NCBI GenBank assembly: GCA_963716745.1
Contig: OY970320.1
Span: 2,240,001 to 2,304,000 of the forward strand
Source: an uncultured Gemmatimonadaceae bacterium
Lineage (GTDB): Bacteria > Gemmatimonadota > Gemmatimonadetes > Gemmatimonadales > Gemmatimonadaceae
Length of the DNA stretch: 64,000 nt
Direction of reading: 5' to 3'
Shown here: positions 1 through 10,271 of the stretch, one piece after another
How the letters are laid out: each line of letters opens with the position of its first letter
How positions within the stretch are numbered: position 1 is the stretch's first letter
Translations under genes and position numbers: made by a program
The notes under the pieces: model-generated
Told to the model about the DNA's origin: nothing
The model's database searches: none
What the model saw: only the letters and a program-made list of their open reading frames with translations

Positions 1-1
1 G

Positions 2-151
2 ATCCGCGACGTGAGAGACGGCGACAAGGGCGTTGACCTGACCGGCCGCGACGGCACGATCTCCCTCGTGCGCGATCGGGCGTTCGCGACTCCGTTTGCG
101 AGGGAAGAGTTCGTCGCATATGCGAAAGAGATGATCGCATCGGCGCACTGA
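2..151 (+). CDS. 3' end of a CDS truncated by the window start, possibly YcxB-like
   Basis: Open frame from base 2 to TGA at 149-151; ends ...ISLVRDRAFATPFAREEFVAYAKEMIASAH. Confidence 0.4.
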   Translation: MRDVRDGDKGVDLTGRDGTISLVRDRAFATPFAREEFVAYAKEMIASAH

Positions 152-160
152 TCGCTTTTG

Positions 161-394
161 TCGTGGCCGATCCGAGATCACGGTTCATGTTTAACGGGAT
201 GCGGCGGAAACAGCACGGATTGATTCCGTGCGTGATGGCAGATCGCCGCGCGCGGTCGGGCTTCTGTAGTTGTTGTTAACAACAAAAACCCGGCGCTATT
301 GAGAAGGGGTGATCCATTCCGCCGCATGGAGTCGATCCGTGCTGTTTCCGCCGTATCCCGTTAAACATGAACCGTGATCTCGGATCGGCCACGA
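161..394. repeat. Family A long palindrome, copy 1 (234 bp)
   Basis: 72-bp arms at 161-232 and 323-394 containing ATCACGGTTCATGTTTAACGGGAT; central TTGTTGTTAACAACAA at 270-285. Confidence 0.95.
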
Positions 395-479
395 TGATGC
401 TGAGGCTCCATGGGACCAAATGAAAAAGCGGCGGGCGAAGATCTCGCCCGCCGCTTTGAATTCGAATCCGGTCCAACCA

Positions 480-2468
480 CTACATCGTCGTCGTCTTCCC
501 CAGCATCTTCACGACGCCCGCGAGCATACCCACCTTCGCCGCGTCGCTCGAACCCTTCTCGTCCGCATCCAGCGACGCGGCGAGCTTGTTCAGTTCGTCC
601 GACCGCGCTGTGCCCGACGCCTTCTCGGCGCGCTCGAGCGCCTCACGCGCGTCCTTGATCTTGCCGCTCGACAAACCCTCCGACCGCTCCAGCTGGTCGA
701 GATAGGCCTGCGCGAGCACGAACGTCGCCGGCCACACCAGCTTCGGCTGGCCCTGCGTGTTCAGATAGTCGAGGTGCACTGTCTTCGCGGCCGCGATCTC
801 GTTCGCCGTGAGGTACGGGCTCGGCGTGAGTTCGAAGATGTCGAGGCCGCGCGCGATCTCGGAGCTGATCATGTAACCGTTGTACCAGTACACCGACCAG
901 CTGCCGCCCATCGCCATGCGAGCGGAGTCCACCGGTCCGCGGTCGAAGAACGCGATCTCTTTCGCGTGCGCCGCATCGGTCCAGTCGAACACCGACACGC
1001 CGCCCTGGTACCACGCCTGCACCATCACGTCGCGGCCGGGGATCGGGATCAGGCCGCCGTTGTGCGCCACGCAATTCTCCTGCGGCGTCTGCGCCGCCGG
1101 CATCTTGTAGTAGCCCTGGAACACGAGCTTGTTGTCGACGATCGTGAAGAGCGCGTCGGCGCCCCAGTCCTTCGGGTCCGTGGCACGGCACTTCGGCTGG
1201 CCGCCGCCGCCCCACTCATCGGAGAAGAGCAGTTTCGTGCCGTCGTTGTTGAACGTCGCCGAGTGCCAGTACGAGAAGTTCGAATCGCTCGCCGCGGCCA
1301 AGCGCATCGGATGCGTCGGGTCCGAGATGTTGAGCAACAGCCCGTAGCCTTCGCACGCGCCGCCGGCGAGTCCGATCGCCGGATAGACCGTAATGTCATG
1401 GCACTGCGTGGGACCCGGGCGCGGACCCGAGCCCGGCGTGGTGGGCGTGATGCCGAACATCTTGTTGATGATGCCGTCGAGCGCCGGACGCAGCGCCGCG
1501 CTGTCCGCGGCCGTCGGAGCGCCCGTGCCGCCGCGCGCCTTCACGATGCTGTCGAGCAGCGGATCGATCGTGCGCGGCGACAGGATGCGGGGCATTCCCT
1601 GGTAGACCCAGATGAACGCGCCCTTCGCGCTCGCCGAGTCCGCGGCCTTCTTCGCCGCGGCCATGTCGGTCGCGGTCTCGCCGTGCCGGGCCGGCGCGAC
1701 GAGGTCGTTGAAGATGCGCGGCGAGTTCACGATCGCGGCCTGCTCCGGATGCGCGAGCGGCACCTTGATCACTTCGATGCGGAACAGCGCCGAGTTCGGA
1801 TCGGCTGACGGCGCGGCCTTGGAGCAGCCCGGCATCTCGTTCGGCGAACGCACGCCCGCCGAGCCCGAGATGTAGACGTACACGTTCTCGGGATCCTTGG
1901 GATCGTAGAGCACCGTGTGCGTGTGCGAGCCGCGGCACGTTTGCACGTTGCCGACGTTCACTGGGTGCTGGATGTCGCTGATGTTGAAGATGCGCAGTCC
2001 GCGCAGGCGCTCCGTGCTCACTGTGTCCTTCACGCCCTGGGCGCCGCAATCGAGCCGGCCGCTCAGGCCTTCACCCGACACGAACAGCAGGTTCTTGAAC
2101 ACCGACACGTCGCTCTGCGACGCGGGGCAGTAGAACGCGATCTTGAGCGCCGGCTTGCTCGCGTCGGACACGTCCCACACCTGGTAGCCGGCGTAGCTCC
2201 CCTGGATCACATAGGGGCCGGTGAAGGCGAGATCGGAATTCGTCTGGCCCACGAACTTCTCCGAGGGCGGTGTGTTGGACACGAGCTTCATGTTCCACGA
2301 CGCTTCGCCGGCGTTGTTGAGGCCGGCCTTGAGTCCGACGCGCGGGTCGGGGCTCGGCGCGACGACGTTCAGCCCCTTCGACGACGGATGCGTGCACGCG
2401 GCCACGGACAGCAGGCCGGCGGCGAGCGCGAGGGGGAATGAGCGGCGGATCTGATGCAGCAATGCCAT
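480..2468 (-). CDS. Secreted or lipoprotein LVIVD-repeat (beta-propeller) protein
   Basis: 662 aa; signal peptide with lipobox-like VAAC; NSDLAF, GYQVWDVSD, SHTHT, QCHDITV, WHSATF motifs; adjacent to DUF305 gene. Confidence 0.8.
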   Translation of the reverse strand: MALLHQIRRSFPLALAAGLLSVAACTHPSSKGLNVVAPSPDPRVGLKAGLNNAGEASWNMKLVSNTPPSEKFVGQTNSDLAFTGPYVIQGSYAGYQVWDVSDASKPALKIAFYCPASQSDVSVFKNLLFVSGEGLSGRLDCGAQGVKDTVSTERLRGLRIFNISDIQHPVNVGNVQTCRGSHTHTVLYDPKDPENVYVYISGSAGVRSPNEMPGCSKAAPSADPNSALFRIEVIKVPLAHPEQAAIVNSPRIFNDLVAPARHGETATDMAAAKKAADSASAKGAFIWVYQGMPRILSPRTIDPLLDSIVKARGGTGAPTAADSAALRPALDGIINKMFGITPTTPGSGPRPGPTQCHDITVYPAIGLAGGACEGYGLLLNISDPTHPMRLAAASDSNFSYWHSATFNNDGTKLLFSDEWGGGGQPKCRATDPKDWGADALFTIVDNKLVFQGYYKMPAAQTPQENCVAHNGGLIPIPGRDVMVQAWYQGGVSVFDWTDAAHAKEIAFFDRGPVDSARMAMGGSWSVYWYNGYMISSEIARGLDIFELTPSPYLTANEIAAAKTVHLDYLNTQGQPKLVWPATFVLAQAYLDQLERSEGLSSGKIKDAREALERAEKASGTARSDELNKLAASLDADEKGSSDAAKVGMLAGVVKMLGKTTTM

Positions 2469-2493
2469 TGTCGGTTCCTCGAGAGAAGCCTGC

Positions 2494-3180
2494 TCAGGGT
2501 GAGCTGGACGCGGGGGGGAGAGCGGCGAGCATCTTGTTCATGCGCGCGATCTCCGTGGTCTGATCGACCTGCACATCGTTCGCGAACTTGAACACCAGCT
2601 CGTCTTCGCCGGCGCCGGTGGTGCCGAAGAGCTGGTTGACCATCTGCACGGCGCCGGTGTGGTGCTGGATCATGAAGGTCAGGAAGAGACGGTCGAACTC
2701 GGTGCCGCGCGCGGCGTCGAGCGCCTTCATTTGCTCGGGGGTGAGCATGCCGGGCATGAGCATCATCTGCTCCTTGCCGCCCATCTCCATCTTCATGCCG
2801 TTCGCGTCGGCGGCCGGCACGGGGAGCTGGCGGTCCACCAGCCACTGCTGCATGGTGACGATCTCATCGTTCTGCGCATTGATGATGCGCGCCGCGAGCG
2901 TCTGGATCGACGAACTGGCGCCGTGCGTCGGCGCCCACTTGGCCATGACGATGGCCTGCGCGTGATGGCCGATCATCCCCTGCATGAAATAGACATCGGC
3001 CTCGACATACGGATGCCGCACACTGTCGGCCTTGGCCTTCGCGATGTGGGCCGCGTCGGGCGTCACGACGCCAGGCTGCGTGTTGCCGGGCGCGACACCC
3101 TGCGCCGCCACCTCCATGGAACAGACCGCGAGCGCCGCGAGCGCGGCGCGAATGGTGACCGAATTGAAGCTTCGCATCAT
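2494..3180 (-). CDS. DUF305 domain protein (ferritin-like, secreted)
   Basis: Duplicated FMQGMIGHHAQAIVMA and FLTFMIQHHTGAVQMV helices; MPGMLT. Confidence 0.9.
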   Translation of the reverse strand: MMRSFNSVTIRAALAALAVCSMEVAAQGVAPGNTQPGVVTPDAAHIAKAKADSVRHPYVEADVYFMQGMIGHHAQAIVMAKWAPTHGASSSIQTLAARIINAQNDEIVTMQQWLVDRQLPVPAADANGMKMEMGGKEQMMLMPGMLTPEQMKALDAARGTEFDRLFLTFMIQHHTGAVQMVNQLFGTTGAGEDELVFKFANDVQVDQTTEIARMNKMLAALPPASSSP

Positions 3181-3362
3181 CGGGATTCTCCGGCTGGGGC
3201 GCGGGAAGCGCGCCCCCCACTATTAAGACAACCCTTCGAGCCTTAGAGATTGCCACACCGTTCCCGCCCACGCAACCCGCATGGGCGCGACGGGATGAAT
3301 ACGCTCGGCGGGGCTGGTTCGTTGGGGGCGGCGGCCTGGGCGCCCGTCAGGCTCCGCGCCCC

Positions 3363-3582
3363 AGGCTGATATCACGGTTCATGTTCAAGGGGATGCGGCG
3401 GAAAGAAGCACGGATCGACTCCATGAGGCGGAATGGATCGGTTCTCTTCGTCGGCGCTGTGTTGTTGTTGTTAACAACAACAACCGAAACCTGACACAGC
3501 GCGGCGACCTTTCATCATGCACGGAGTCGATCCGTGCTGTCTTCCGCCGCATCCCCTTAAACATGAACCGTGATCTCAGCCT
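3363..3582. repeat. Family A long palindrome, copy 2 (220 bp), inverted relative to copy 1
   Basis: Arms 3363-3425 and 3520-3582; centre (GTT)4(AAC)4 at 3461-3484; inner spacers resemble the reverse complement of copy 1. Confidence 0.95.
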
Positions 3583-3698
3583 TGTCGCGCGGAGGCCGGC
3601 GGGCGCTCGGAGCTCAGAGAATCATCGTCGCCACGATCTGAGTGGCGGACCGGGCACATTATCCGTATCCATTCAGCGGCACTCCACGGAGGCACGAC

Positions 3699-4148
3699 AT
3701 GCGGGCGTACATCATGGCGGTGGCGGCACTCGGCATCGCGTCGCTCAATCCGCAGAAGGATCCGCCGATCTCTCTGCATCAGGATGTGCAGTTCACGGTG
3801 GGCACGAAGCAGGTGTACGACGTGCTCCTCAGCAGCAAGGATTTCGCCGCCTTCTCAGGCCGCAATGCGACGATCGATCCGCACGTCGGCGGCGCGTTCC
3901 TGTTGTTCGACGGGCACATCTCGGGCGTCAACGTCGAACTCGTGCCCAACGAGCGGATCGTCCAGGCGTGGCGCTCGGCCGATTGGCCGGCCGGCGTCTA
4001 CTCGATCGCGCGCTTCCAGTTGAACGCGCAGGGCGCTGGCACACAGCTCGTGTTCGACCACATCGGGTTCCCGGCGGGACAGAAGGACCACCTCGCCGCC
4101 GGCTGGGAAGCGAATTATTGGTCGCTCATGAAGAAGTACCTCAAATAG
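3699..4148 (+). CDS. SRPBCC/AHSA1 (START-like) domain protein
   Basis: GGAGG RBS before ATG 3699; IDPHVGGAF, ELVPNERIVQAWR, GWEANYW. Confidence 0.85.
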   Translation: MRAYIMAVAALGIASLNPQKDPPISLHQDVQFTVGTKQVYDVLLSSKDFAAFSGRNATIDPHVGGAFLLFDGHISGVNVELVPNERIVQAWRSADWPAGVYSIARFQLNAQGAGTQLVFDHIGFPAGQKDHLAAGWEANYWSLMKKYLK

Positions 4149-4161
4149 GAGACTCGATCTC

Positions 4162-4959
4162 GTGATGCTTCGCATCCCCGTGCGAGTCGTGGCCACGTGC
4201 GCCGCGCTCGCGATCGCCGCTGCCGCGGCGCGCGCCCAGACCGCGCCGGCCTCCGGCCTCGCCCTCTTCGACCAGATGTACCAGGCCTATAAGGGGAAGT
4301 GGTACACGACACTCACCTTCGTGCAGAAGACCACGAACAAGCGCGCCGACGGCACCGACTCCGTCGCCACGTGGTACGAGAGCATTCGCTATTCGCAGCC
4401 GCGCGGCTCCCAGTTGCGCATCGACTTCGGATCGCCCACACTCGGCAACGGCGTGCTCTATACCGCCGATTCGCTCTGGGTGATGAAGGCTGGGCAGCTC
4501 TCGCTCACGCGCGGACACGGCAACGCCCTGCTGCCGCTCATCGATGGAGTGTATATGCAGCCCGCGTCGCGCACCGCCGCCGAGCTGGCGGGCACCGGCG
4601 TGGACCTGTCGCGCAAACCCGTGCTGGGCCGGTGGGACGGGAAGCCCACGTGGATCATCGGCGTCACCTCGCTCGCCGACACGACGTCGCCCAGCTTCTG
4701 GGTGGACTCCGCCACGCTGAACGTGGTGCGAGCGGTGTTCACGATCGCACCGGGCCGGATGATCGACGCGCGGTTCGAGAACCTGGTGCGCGTGGGCGGC
4801 GGCTGGCTCGCGGTGCGCTGCGAGTTCTTCGAGCACGGCTCGCTCGCCACCACCGAGGAATATTCCGACTGGAAGGGGAACGTGGACCTTCCAGCCTCGT
4901 TGTTCGATCTCGCGCAGTGGACAACCGGTCCGCACTGGGCGGCGGCGCGCGCACCCTGA
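4162..4959 (+). CDS. Secreted hypothetical protein, possibly LolA-like fold
   Basis: 265 aa ORF with Ala-rich signal peptide; KWYTTLTFVQKT, LRIDFG. Confidence 0.7.
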   Translation: MMLRIPVRVVATCAALAIAAAAARAQTAPASGLALFDQMYQAYKGKWYTTLTFVQKTTNKRADGTDSVATWYESIRYSQPRGSQLRIDFGSPTLGNGVLYTADSLWVMKAGQLSLTRGHGNALLPLIDGVYMQPASRTAAELAGTGVDLSRKPVLGRWDGKPTWIIGVTSLADTTSPSFWVDSATLNVVRAVFTIAPGRMIDARFENLVRVGGGWLAVRCEFFEHGSLATTEEYSDWKGNVDLPASLFDLAQWTTGPHWAAARAP

Positions 4960-4993
4960 TCGGCCCAGCTATGTCCTGAACGAAGGCTCTTCC

Positions 4994-6275
4994 ATGCCAC
5001 ACCCATCGCTGAATCCGCCGGGCCTGAACGCGATCCACCGTGCCGCATGCGCGACCCTGCGCGTCGAGCTCGCGCATGTGTTGAAACAGATCCAACAGAC
5101 GACCGACGTGCGGACTCTGCAGAACCTTCTGAAGCAGGCCGCCGTGCTCGAGATCGCGATCCAGAATTGCCCCGAACCATCTCCTCCAAAGACGTCGCCT
5201 CCGGATCTCAGCGATTGGCTCGCCCACAATCCGAAGGTCACGGGCTCGATCCTCTGGCAGAAGCAGGCGGCGAGTCCCGGGAATGCCTACGTTCCGCCGG
5301 CGGCGGGCGATAAGGTCGCGTGGGTGGACTGGACTCCGACGCAGAAAGCGCAACTCGAAGCAGGTCTACCTCGACTGCTGCATCTGGCTGGACGCGGGGG
5401 CGCCCTCCGTTCTGCTCGATCCCGCCGGCTTGACCGATGCGCCTCAGAACGTGGATCCCGGGACCTCAAACGATCTTGGGAGCGTGATCGAGAAAGTGAG
5501 CGCGACGTATATGTGGGAGATCTATCTCGCGCACGTCGGCTTCGCGTTGGCGGCCGAGCTCACGAACCTCTTCCCGTGGAAGATCGCTGCGTACAACGCG
5601 CTCGAGTTGCGCTACGTGTTCGACAGTACGACAATGGCGTGGCTCATGCCCTCCGGCGAATTCTGGATGGGCACATACGACGTGTATGTTCCGGCACTCC
5701 GGGCCGACAATCGTCCGCAAACGGCCTTCGCGCCCCCCGAATGGAGTTATCGCTTTCTCAAGCAGAACAACCTCATCGGGGCATCGAAGATCGAGACGAT
5801 CGGCCTCGTGTTGGAATGGGCGCGCCAGCATTTGGTCCATTTCTACGGGGCTGAGAATTTCGGAACGTGCGACAATGTGTGGCACTATCGCGGCTTCCCT
5901 CCCATCTCGCGCGTGACCGGTGGCACGATCGACTCCGCGAATCCTGGCCTGGGGCCGGCATGCTACACGATGGGATGCCACGGCACGGTCGGATTCCTGA
6001 ACGCGATCCTTCGGGCGGTGAACATCCCGGTGCAGCCGATCTGGGTCGCCGGCCACGAGCTGGCGTGCTTTCTCACTGAAGGGAAGTATCTCGATCATGG
6101 GGACGATCCGTACAACAGCATCGTGAGAGCGTCCTCGCAGCCGATCCTGCAAGTACTCATCGATGAAGCCACTTACCAGGCGCGATTCACGACCGACCTG
6201 ACGGCGAACATCGTTGACCTGAACAGCCCGGCGCTCGCGTATGTGGGTTACAGCGCCGTCAATTTTCCGCCGTGA
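4994..6275 (+). CDS. Hypothetical protein with transglutaminase-like Cys-His-Asp motif; frameshift near 5358
   Basis: ORF 4994 (to ...QKAQLE) continues in the ORF 5283 frame (QVYLDC...); GCHGTVGFLNAILRAVNIPV...GH...YLDHGD. Confidence 0.6.
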
Positions 6276-6296
6276 ACGCGACCCAGAGCGTGTGAC

Positions 6297-6731
6297 ATGA
6301 TCATCACCTTTCACGGCGCCGTGCCGATCCTTCGCGTCCGCGATCTCGCCGCGAGTGTCGATCACTACGCCAAAGTGCTCGGCTTCTCCGTGGACTGGCA
6401 CGACCGCGGGATCATGGCCGGCGTGAGCCGCGGGAAATGCCACATCATGATCTGCGAGGGCGACCAGGGACACGCCGGCGGATGGGTGTGGATCGGCGTG
6501 AGCGACGCCAGCGCGCTCGAGAACGAGTTGCTGGCGCGCGGCGCGAAGATCCGGCACCCCGCCACGAACTATCCGTGGGCCTTCGAGATGCAGGTGGAGG
6601 ATATCGACGGCAACGTGCTGCGCTTCGGCTCCGACGAGAAGCCCGACGAACCCGCCGGCGAGTGGCTCGATGCGACCGGAGCGCGCTGGGAGATGAGGCC
6701 CGACGGAGGATGGAAGCGCGTGGAGGGCTGA
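6297..6731 (+). CDS. VOC/glyoxalase/bleomycin-resistance family protein
   Basis: PILRVRDLAASVDHYAKVLGF; YPWAFEMQVEDIDGNVLRF. Confidence 0.9.
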   Translation: MIITFHGAVPILRVRDLAASVDHYAKVLGFSVDWHDRGIMAGVSRGKCHIMICEGDQGHAGGWVWIGVSDASALENELLARGAKIRHPATNYPWAFEMQVEDIDGNVLRFGSDEKPDEPAGEWLDATGARWEMRPDGGWKRVEG

Positions 6732-6732
6732 C

Positions 6733-7629
6733 GTGATCGCCGTCCTCTCCGAATCGGATGTCCGCGCCGCGCTTCGCTGGGACGAACTCATTCCCGCGAT
6801 GCGGCGCGCCCTCGCCGATTTCTCCGCCGGAAGAGTCGTGCAGCCCACGCGCAGCTGGCTCACGCTCGAGGCCGGCCAGCGCCACCTCGGCGCGATGCCC
6901 GCCGCCTCCGAGCGCGCCGCGGGCGTCAAACTCGTGAGTCTCTACGCCAAGAACGCCGGCACCGCGATCCCTACGGTGATGGCCACGGTGCTGCTCGTGG
7001 ATCCGCAGACCGGCGCGCCGCTCGCAGTGGTAGATGGCACCTTCCTCACCGCGATGCGCACGGCCGCCGTGTCGGCCGCGGTGGCCGACGCGATCGCGCC
7101 GCGCGACGCAGCGATCCTCGCGATGCTCGGCAGCGGGGTAGAAGCGGGTACGCACTTCGAAGCGATGTCGAGCATCCGGAAGTTCCGCGAGGTGCGCGTA
7201 TGGAGCCGCACGCCCGGGCACGCCGCGCGATTCGCGGCGCGCTACGGTGCGACAGCGCTGAGCGCCGAACAGGCCGTACGCGGCGCAGACATCATCGTGT
7301 GCGCGACTGCCACACGCACGGCCATACTCGAGGGCGCGTGGCTCAAGCCCGGCGCGTTCGTCGCGTCGATCGGGGCACCAATGCCCGAATGGCGCGAAGT
7401 GGACGACGACGCGATGTCCAACGTGATCGTGGTCGATTCACGCGAAGCGTCGCTCGCCGAAGCCGGCGACATCATCCAGACGCGCGCGCCGATCCACGCC
7501 GAGGTAGGCGAGATCTTCGAGGGCACCGCCACGATCCCGCCGGGCGCCATCGTGATCTTCAAGTCCAACGGGCTGGCCGTCGAAGATGTTATCGCGGCAC
7601 AGATGGTGGTTGACCGAACAGCGCGCTAG
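6733..7629 (+). CDS. Ornithine cyclodeaminase/mu-crystallin family protein
   Basis: LTAMRTAAVSA, GSGVEA, ADIIVCAT, FKSNGLAVEDV. Confidence 0.92.
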   Translation: MIAVLSESDVRAALRWDELIPAMRRALADFSAGRVVQPTRSWLTLEAGQRHLGAMPAASERAAGVKLVSLYAKNAGTAIPTVMATVLLVDPQTGAPLAVVDGTFLTAMRTAAVSAAVADAIAPRDAAILAMLGSGVEAGTHFEAMSSIRKFREVRVWSRTPGHAARFAARYGATALSAEQAVRGADIIVCATATRTAILEGAWLKPGAFVASIGAPMPEWREVDDDAMSNVIVVDSREASLAEAGDIIQTRAPIHAEVGEIFEGTATIPPGAIVIFKSNGLAVEDVIAAQMVVDRTAR

Positions 7630-8234
7630 GTCCCAGTCGACATTGCCGACGAGTACCCCGCCAGTCTCGACACGATGACGCCGACCACCACGAAGAGAAC
7701 GACCGCGGCAATGATGACGGTGATCGTGTAGCCCATCGCCTTGTCTTCCGGCACCTTCATCAGGACCGGCAGCCCGAGATAGATGAGGTACAGACTGTAG
7801 AGTCCGAGCAGCGCGAGGATCCCGAGCGCGGGAATGATGCCGAAGATCCCCGCGAGCCAGCCAGCGGTGCTCGCGTACGCGCACACCTTGAGCGCCTGCA
7901 CCATGTTCTTCGTGCCGCCGAACGTCGGCGCGAGCGCGTCCACGATCATCGCGAGCACGTACACGGTGCAGAGGCCGAGCACGTAGCGGATGACGGCGCC
8001 GGTGAGCGCCGTCATGAAGGGAATGTGGATCGTGCCGACGAACGGCATGGGGACACCGAAGAGCGACATCCCGATCAGCCCGGCGATCGGCCCGATCGCC
8101 GAGAGCGGGACGATGTAGCCCATGTAGAGCGACTGGACCGTGGCGCTCTCGCCGTCGATCACCGGCCATTCGGAGCGCGGCTGGAGGATGATGTTCTTCG
8201 CGCGCGCCATCAGCGCTCCCTGGGCTGCGTTCAT
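7626..8234 (-). CDS. Yip1 family membrane protein
   Basis: RAKNIILQPRSEWPVI, LAPTFGG, YSLYLIYLGLPVLMK; about 5 TM segments. Confidence 0.9.
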   Translation of the reverse strand: MNAAQGALMARAKNIILQPRSEWPVIDGESATVQSLYMGYIVPLSAIGPIAGLIGMSLFGVPMPFVGTIHIPFMTALTGAVIRYVLGLCTVYVLAMIVDALAPTFGGTKNMVQALKVCAYASTAGWLAGIFGIIPALGILALLGLYSLYLIYLGLPVLMKVPEDKAMGYTITVIIAAVVLFVVVGVIVSRLAGYSSAMSTGT

Positions 8235-8256
8235 CGTGTGCTCCTGGGGTTGGAGG

Positions 8257-9117
8257 TCACTTCGGCGGCGGCGGCCGCGTGGGCGCGCCGCGATCCACCT
8301 TGGTATAACCGGCCGGCACTTCGAACACGCTGGCGGGGATCGGCCCCTTCTTCACGTTCGAGATGAGCGTCGTCGTGGTGCTCGTGTGTGTCTTGCCACT
8401 CTGCGTGCTCACCGAAGTACTGACGCGTTTCATCATCACGCCGGGCTTCACGTTCGCATACGCCTTGATGATCGCGCTCGTGAGCGGCGCCATCGGGCCG
8501 GTCGCTTCCGCGATCTTTCCCACATCGGGCCGCGCCGACGGATTCATCAGTGCGTTCAGCGCGGGCGCGATCCAGATGTCGGAGGTGGTGTGCGTGGGCG
8601 TCTTCGTCTCATTGCCCATCATCGTGAGGTCCATGGTGTAGCTCTCGGTGAGGCGATACTTGAGGGTCGAGTAGCCCTCGATCTTCTCGCCGGCGCCGAG
8701 CGGCTCCATGCTCACATGCACGTCGGTGACTTTCATCGACACCATGCTCGGCGCGGCCTTCATCGCATTGCTCGCGTCCCGGGAGAGTTCAGCGAGGTCG
8801 AGCTGCATGTACTGTCGCTTCGAGGGGTCCACGAAAGTCACCGTGCGAGCGGCGCTATTCGAGATCATGAAGTTGCCGGCGCCCATCATGCTGGCCCGGT
8901 TCATCGATTCGGAGAAGTCGAGGCGCGACACGCCGCTGGCGAATTGCCCGTGCGCCCGCAGGAAGGTGACCGTGGTGTCCTTGCCGGTCGCGCGATCCGC
9001 GCGCGTGACGGTCGTGGTGAGGTCGTAGCTATAGCCCTGCGCCGCGAGCGGTAAGGCGAGCACGATCGCGAGCGCGATCGCGGCGCGGCGAGCGGGCGCG
9101 GAGCGTGAATTTCGCAT
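8257..9117 (-). CDS. Secreted DUF4412-like protein
   Basis: Probable start MRNSRS at 9117; signal peptide; GEKIEGYSTLKY; C-terminal IPASVFEVPAGY. Confidence 0.75.
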   Translation of the reverse strand: MRNSRSAPARRAAIALAIVLALPLAAQGYSYDLTTTVTRADRATGKDTTVTFLRAHGQFASGVSRLDFSESMNRASMMGAGNFMISNSAARTVTFVDPSKRQYMQLDLAELSRDASNAMKAAPSMVSMKVTDVHVSMEPLGAGEKIEGYSTLKYRLTESYTMDLTMMGNETKTPTHTTSDIWIAPALNALMNPSARPDVGKIAEATGPMAPLTSAIIKAYANVKPGVMMKRVSTSVSTQSGKTHTSTTTTLISNVKKGPIPASVFEVPAGYTKVDRGAPTRPPPPK

Positions 9118-9161
9118 CGAGGTAACGTAGCGCCGGTCGCCGGCGGCCGCCATCTTACAGC

Positions 9162-9698
9162 ATGCGAGTCCAGGACCTGCTGCTCGAAGCGCTGCATGCG
9201 AAGCGCGAGAACCGGCTGGAGGACGCTCGCCGTGACCTGCGCGACGCCGCGGCGCAGCTGCGCGAGAAGAACGTGCCGAGCGAATTGGCCGACGTCCTGC
9301 GCGACCTCGGCGAATTGGAACGCCGCCTGCGGAACGCCGACGCGGCACGCGGGCACTATGAGGAGGCGGTCGCGATCCTGAGCGGCGTGGACGATCCGTT
9401 GCGGCTCGCGCACACCATGCGGCATCTGGGCGACGTGCACTACGAGGCGGAACGCACCACCGCCGCCGAACTGGCGTATCGCGAGTCTATCGTGCTGTAC
9501 CGGAACGCGGGCCGCACCAAGCCGCTCGATCTGGCGAACGCAATCCGGAGCATGGCGGTGTTGAAGAGCGACTTCGGGCCGGCCGAGGAAGCGCGCGCGC
9601 TGTGGCAGGAGGCGCTGGAACTGTACGCCGACGCCAACGTGCAACCTGGAGTGGCGGAGTGTACGGCGAGGCTTAAGGTGCTGAGTCTGCGGACCTAG
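9162..9698 (+). CDS. Tetratricopeptide repeat protein
   Basis: Repeated helical motifs LADVLRDLGEL...ARGHYEEAVAI and LAHTMRHLGDV...AYRESIVL. Confidence 0.85.
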   Translation: MRVQDLLLEALHAKRENRLEDARRDLRDAAAQLREKNVPSELADVLRDLGELERRLRNADAARGHYEEAVAILSGVDDPLRLAHTMRHLGDVHYEAERTTAAELAYRESIVLYRNAGRTKPLDLANAIRSMAVLKSDFGPAEEARALWQEALELYADANVQPGVAECTARLKVLSLRT

Positions 9699-10136
9699 GG
9701 CAGCGCCATCGACGCCTGTCCGAACACGTAGCTCCATCCGTTCGGAGTGCGAACGTACACATCGCTGAACCAGAGTTTCTTGTCGAACGCATTGCCTCCT
9801 GTAGTGCCTTTCTCCCAGAGCAGCGCGGTGACCACCGCGGTGTTCCCCCAGACGCGCACCTTCTGCAGCGTGTCCTCCTGATGCTCGTAGATCGTGCTCT
9901 TCTGGCGCGCGGCCTCGAGCAGCTCGGCACGTGTGAACACCGCGCCGCGCCCGGTGACGAGGATGAAATCATCGGCGAGGATCGCGGCCATGCCATCGGC
10001 GTCATTGGCCTTCACCGCGGCCTGGTACTTGGTGTCGAGCGACGGCGACCGTGGCGGCATCATCGGGCGCCGGCGGCGTTGCGCGGGTTAGGATGAGCAG
10101 ACCGAGTGCCAGTGGAAGGGTGAACAGGGGACGCAT
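9695..10136 (-). CDS. Secreted NTF2-like (DUF4440) protein; frameshift near 10043
   Basis: Signal peptide MRPLFTLPL in the ORF 10002-10235 frame, body in the ORF 9695-10063 frame (LADDFILV, VRVWGNTAVV, FSDVYVR). Confidence 0.85.
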
Positions 10137-10271
10137 GCGACGCTCCATGGGAGTGGTCTGACCCAATCGTGCCGCCGCAAGGGTTGAGGTGTCAACCCGC
10201 GCGCCGCACCACGTTGACGGGCTGTCCCGGCGCATCTATGTTCGCCGAGTCGGGAACTATGGAGGGTCGCG

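Noticed and set aside
189..366. Family A as integron attC sites (GTTTAAC...GTTAAAC fits RYYYAAC...GTTRRRY)
   Set aside because: Symmetry extends well beyond the R boxes, the span exceeds typical attC length, copies lie between convergent or divergent genes rather than in a cassette array, and no integrase is present.
161..394. Family A as 6S RNA or a dif site
   Set aside because: It is multi-copy with near-perfect arms and an oversized bubble, and shows no convincing XerC/XerD 11-6-11 layout; no sequence support without an Rfam search.
276..476. Short ORFs sharing SRFMFNGIRR or PLNMNRD (276-476, 3563-4165, 27866-28195, 27924-28313, 28058-28258)
   Set aside because: They are translations of the family A palindrome arms, not a peptide family.
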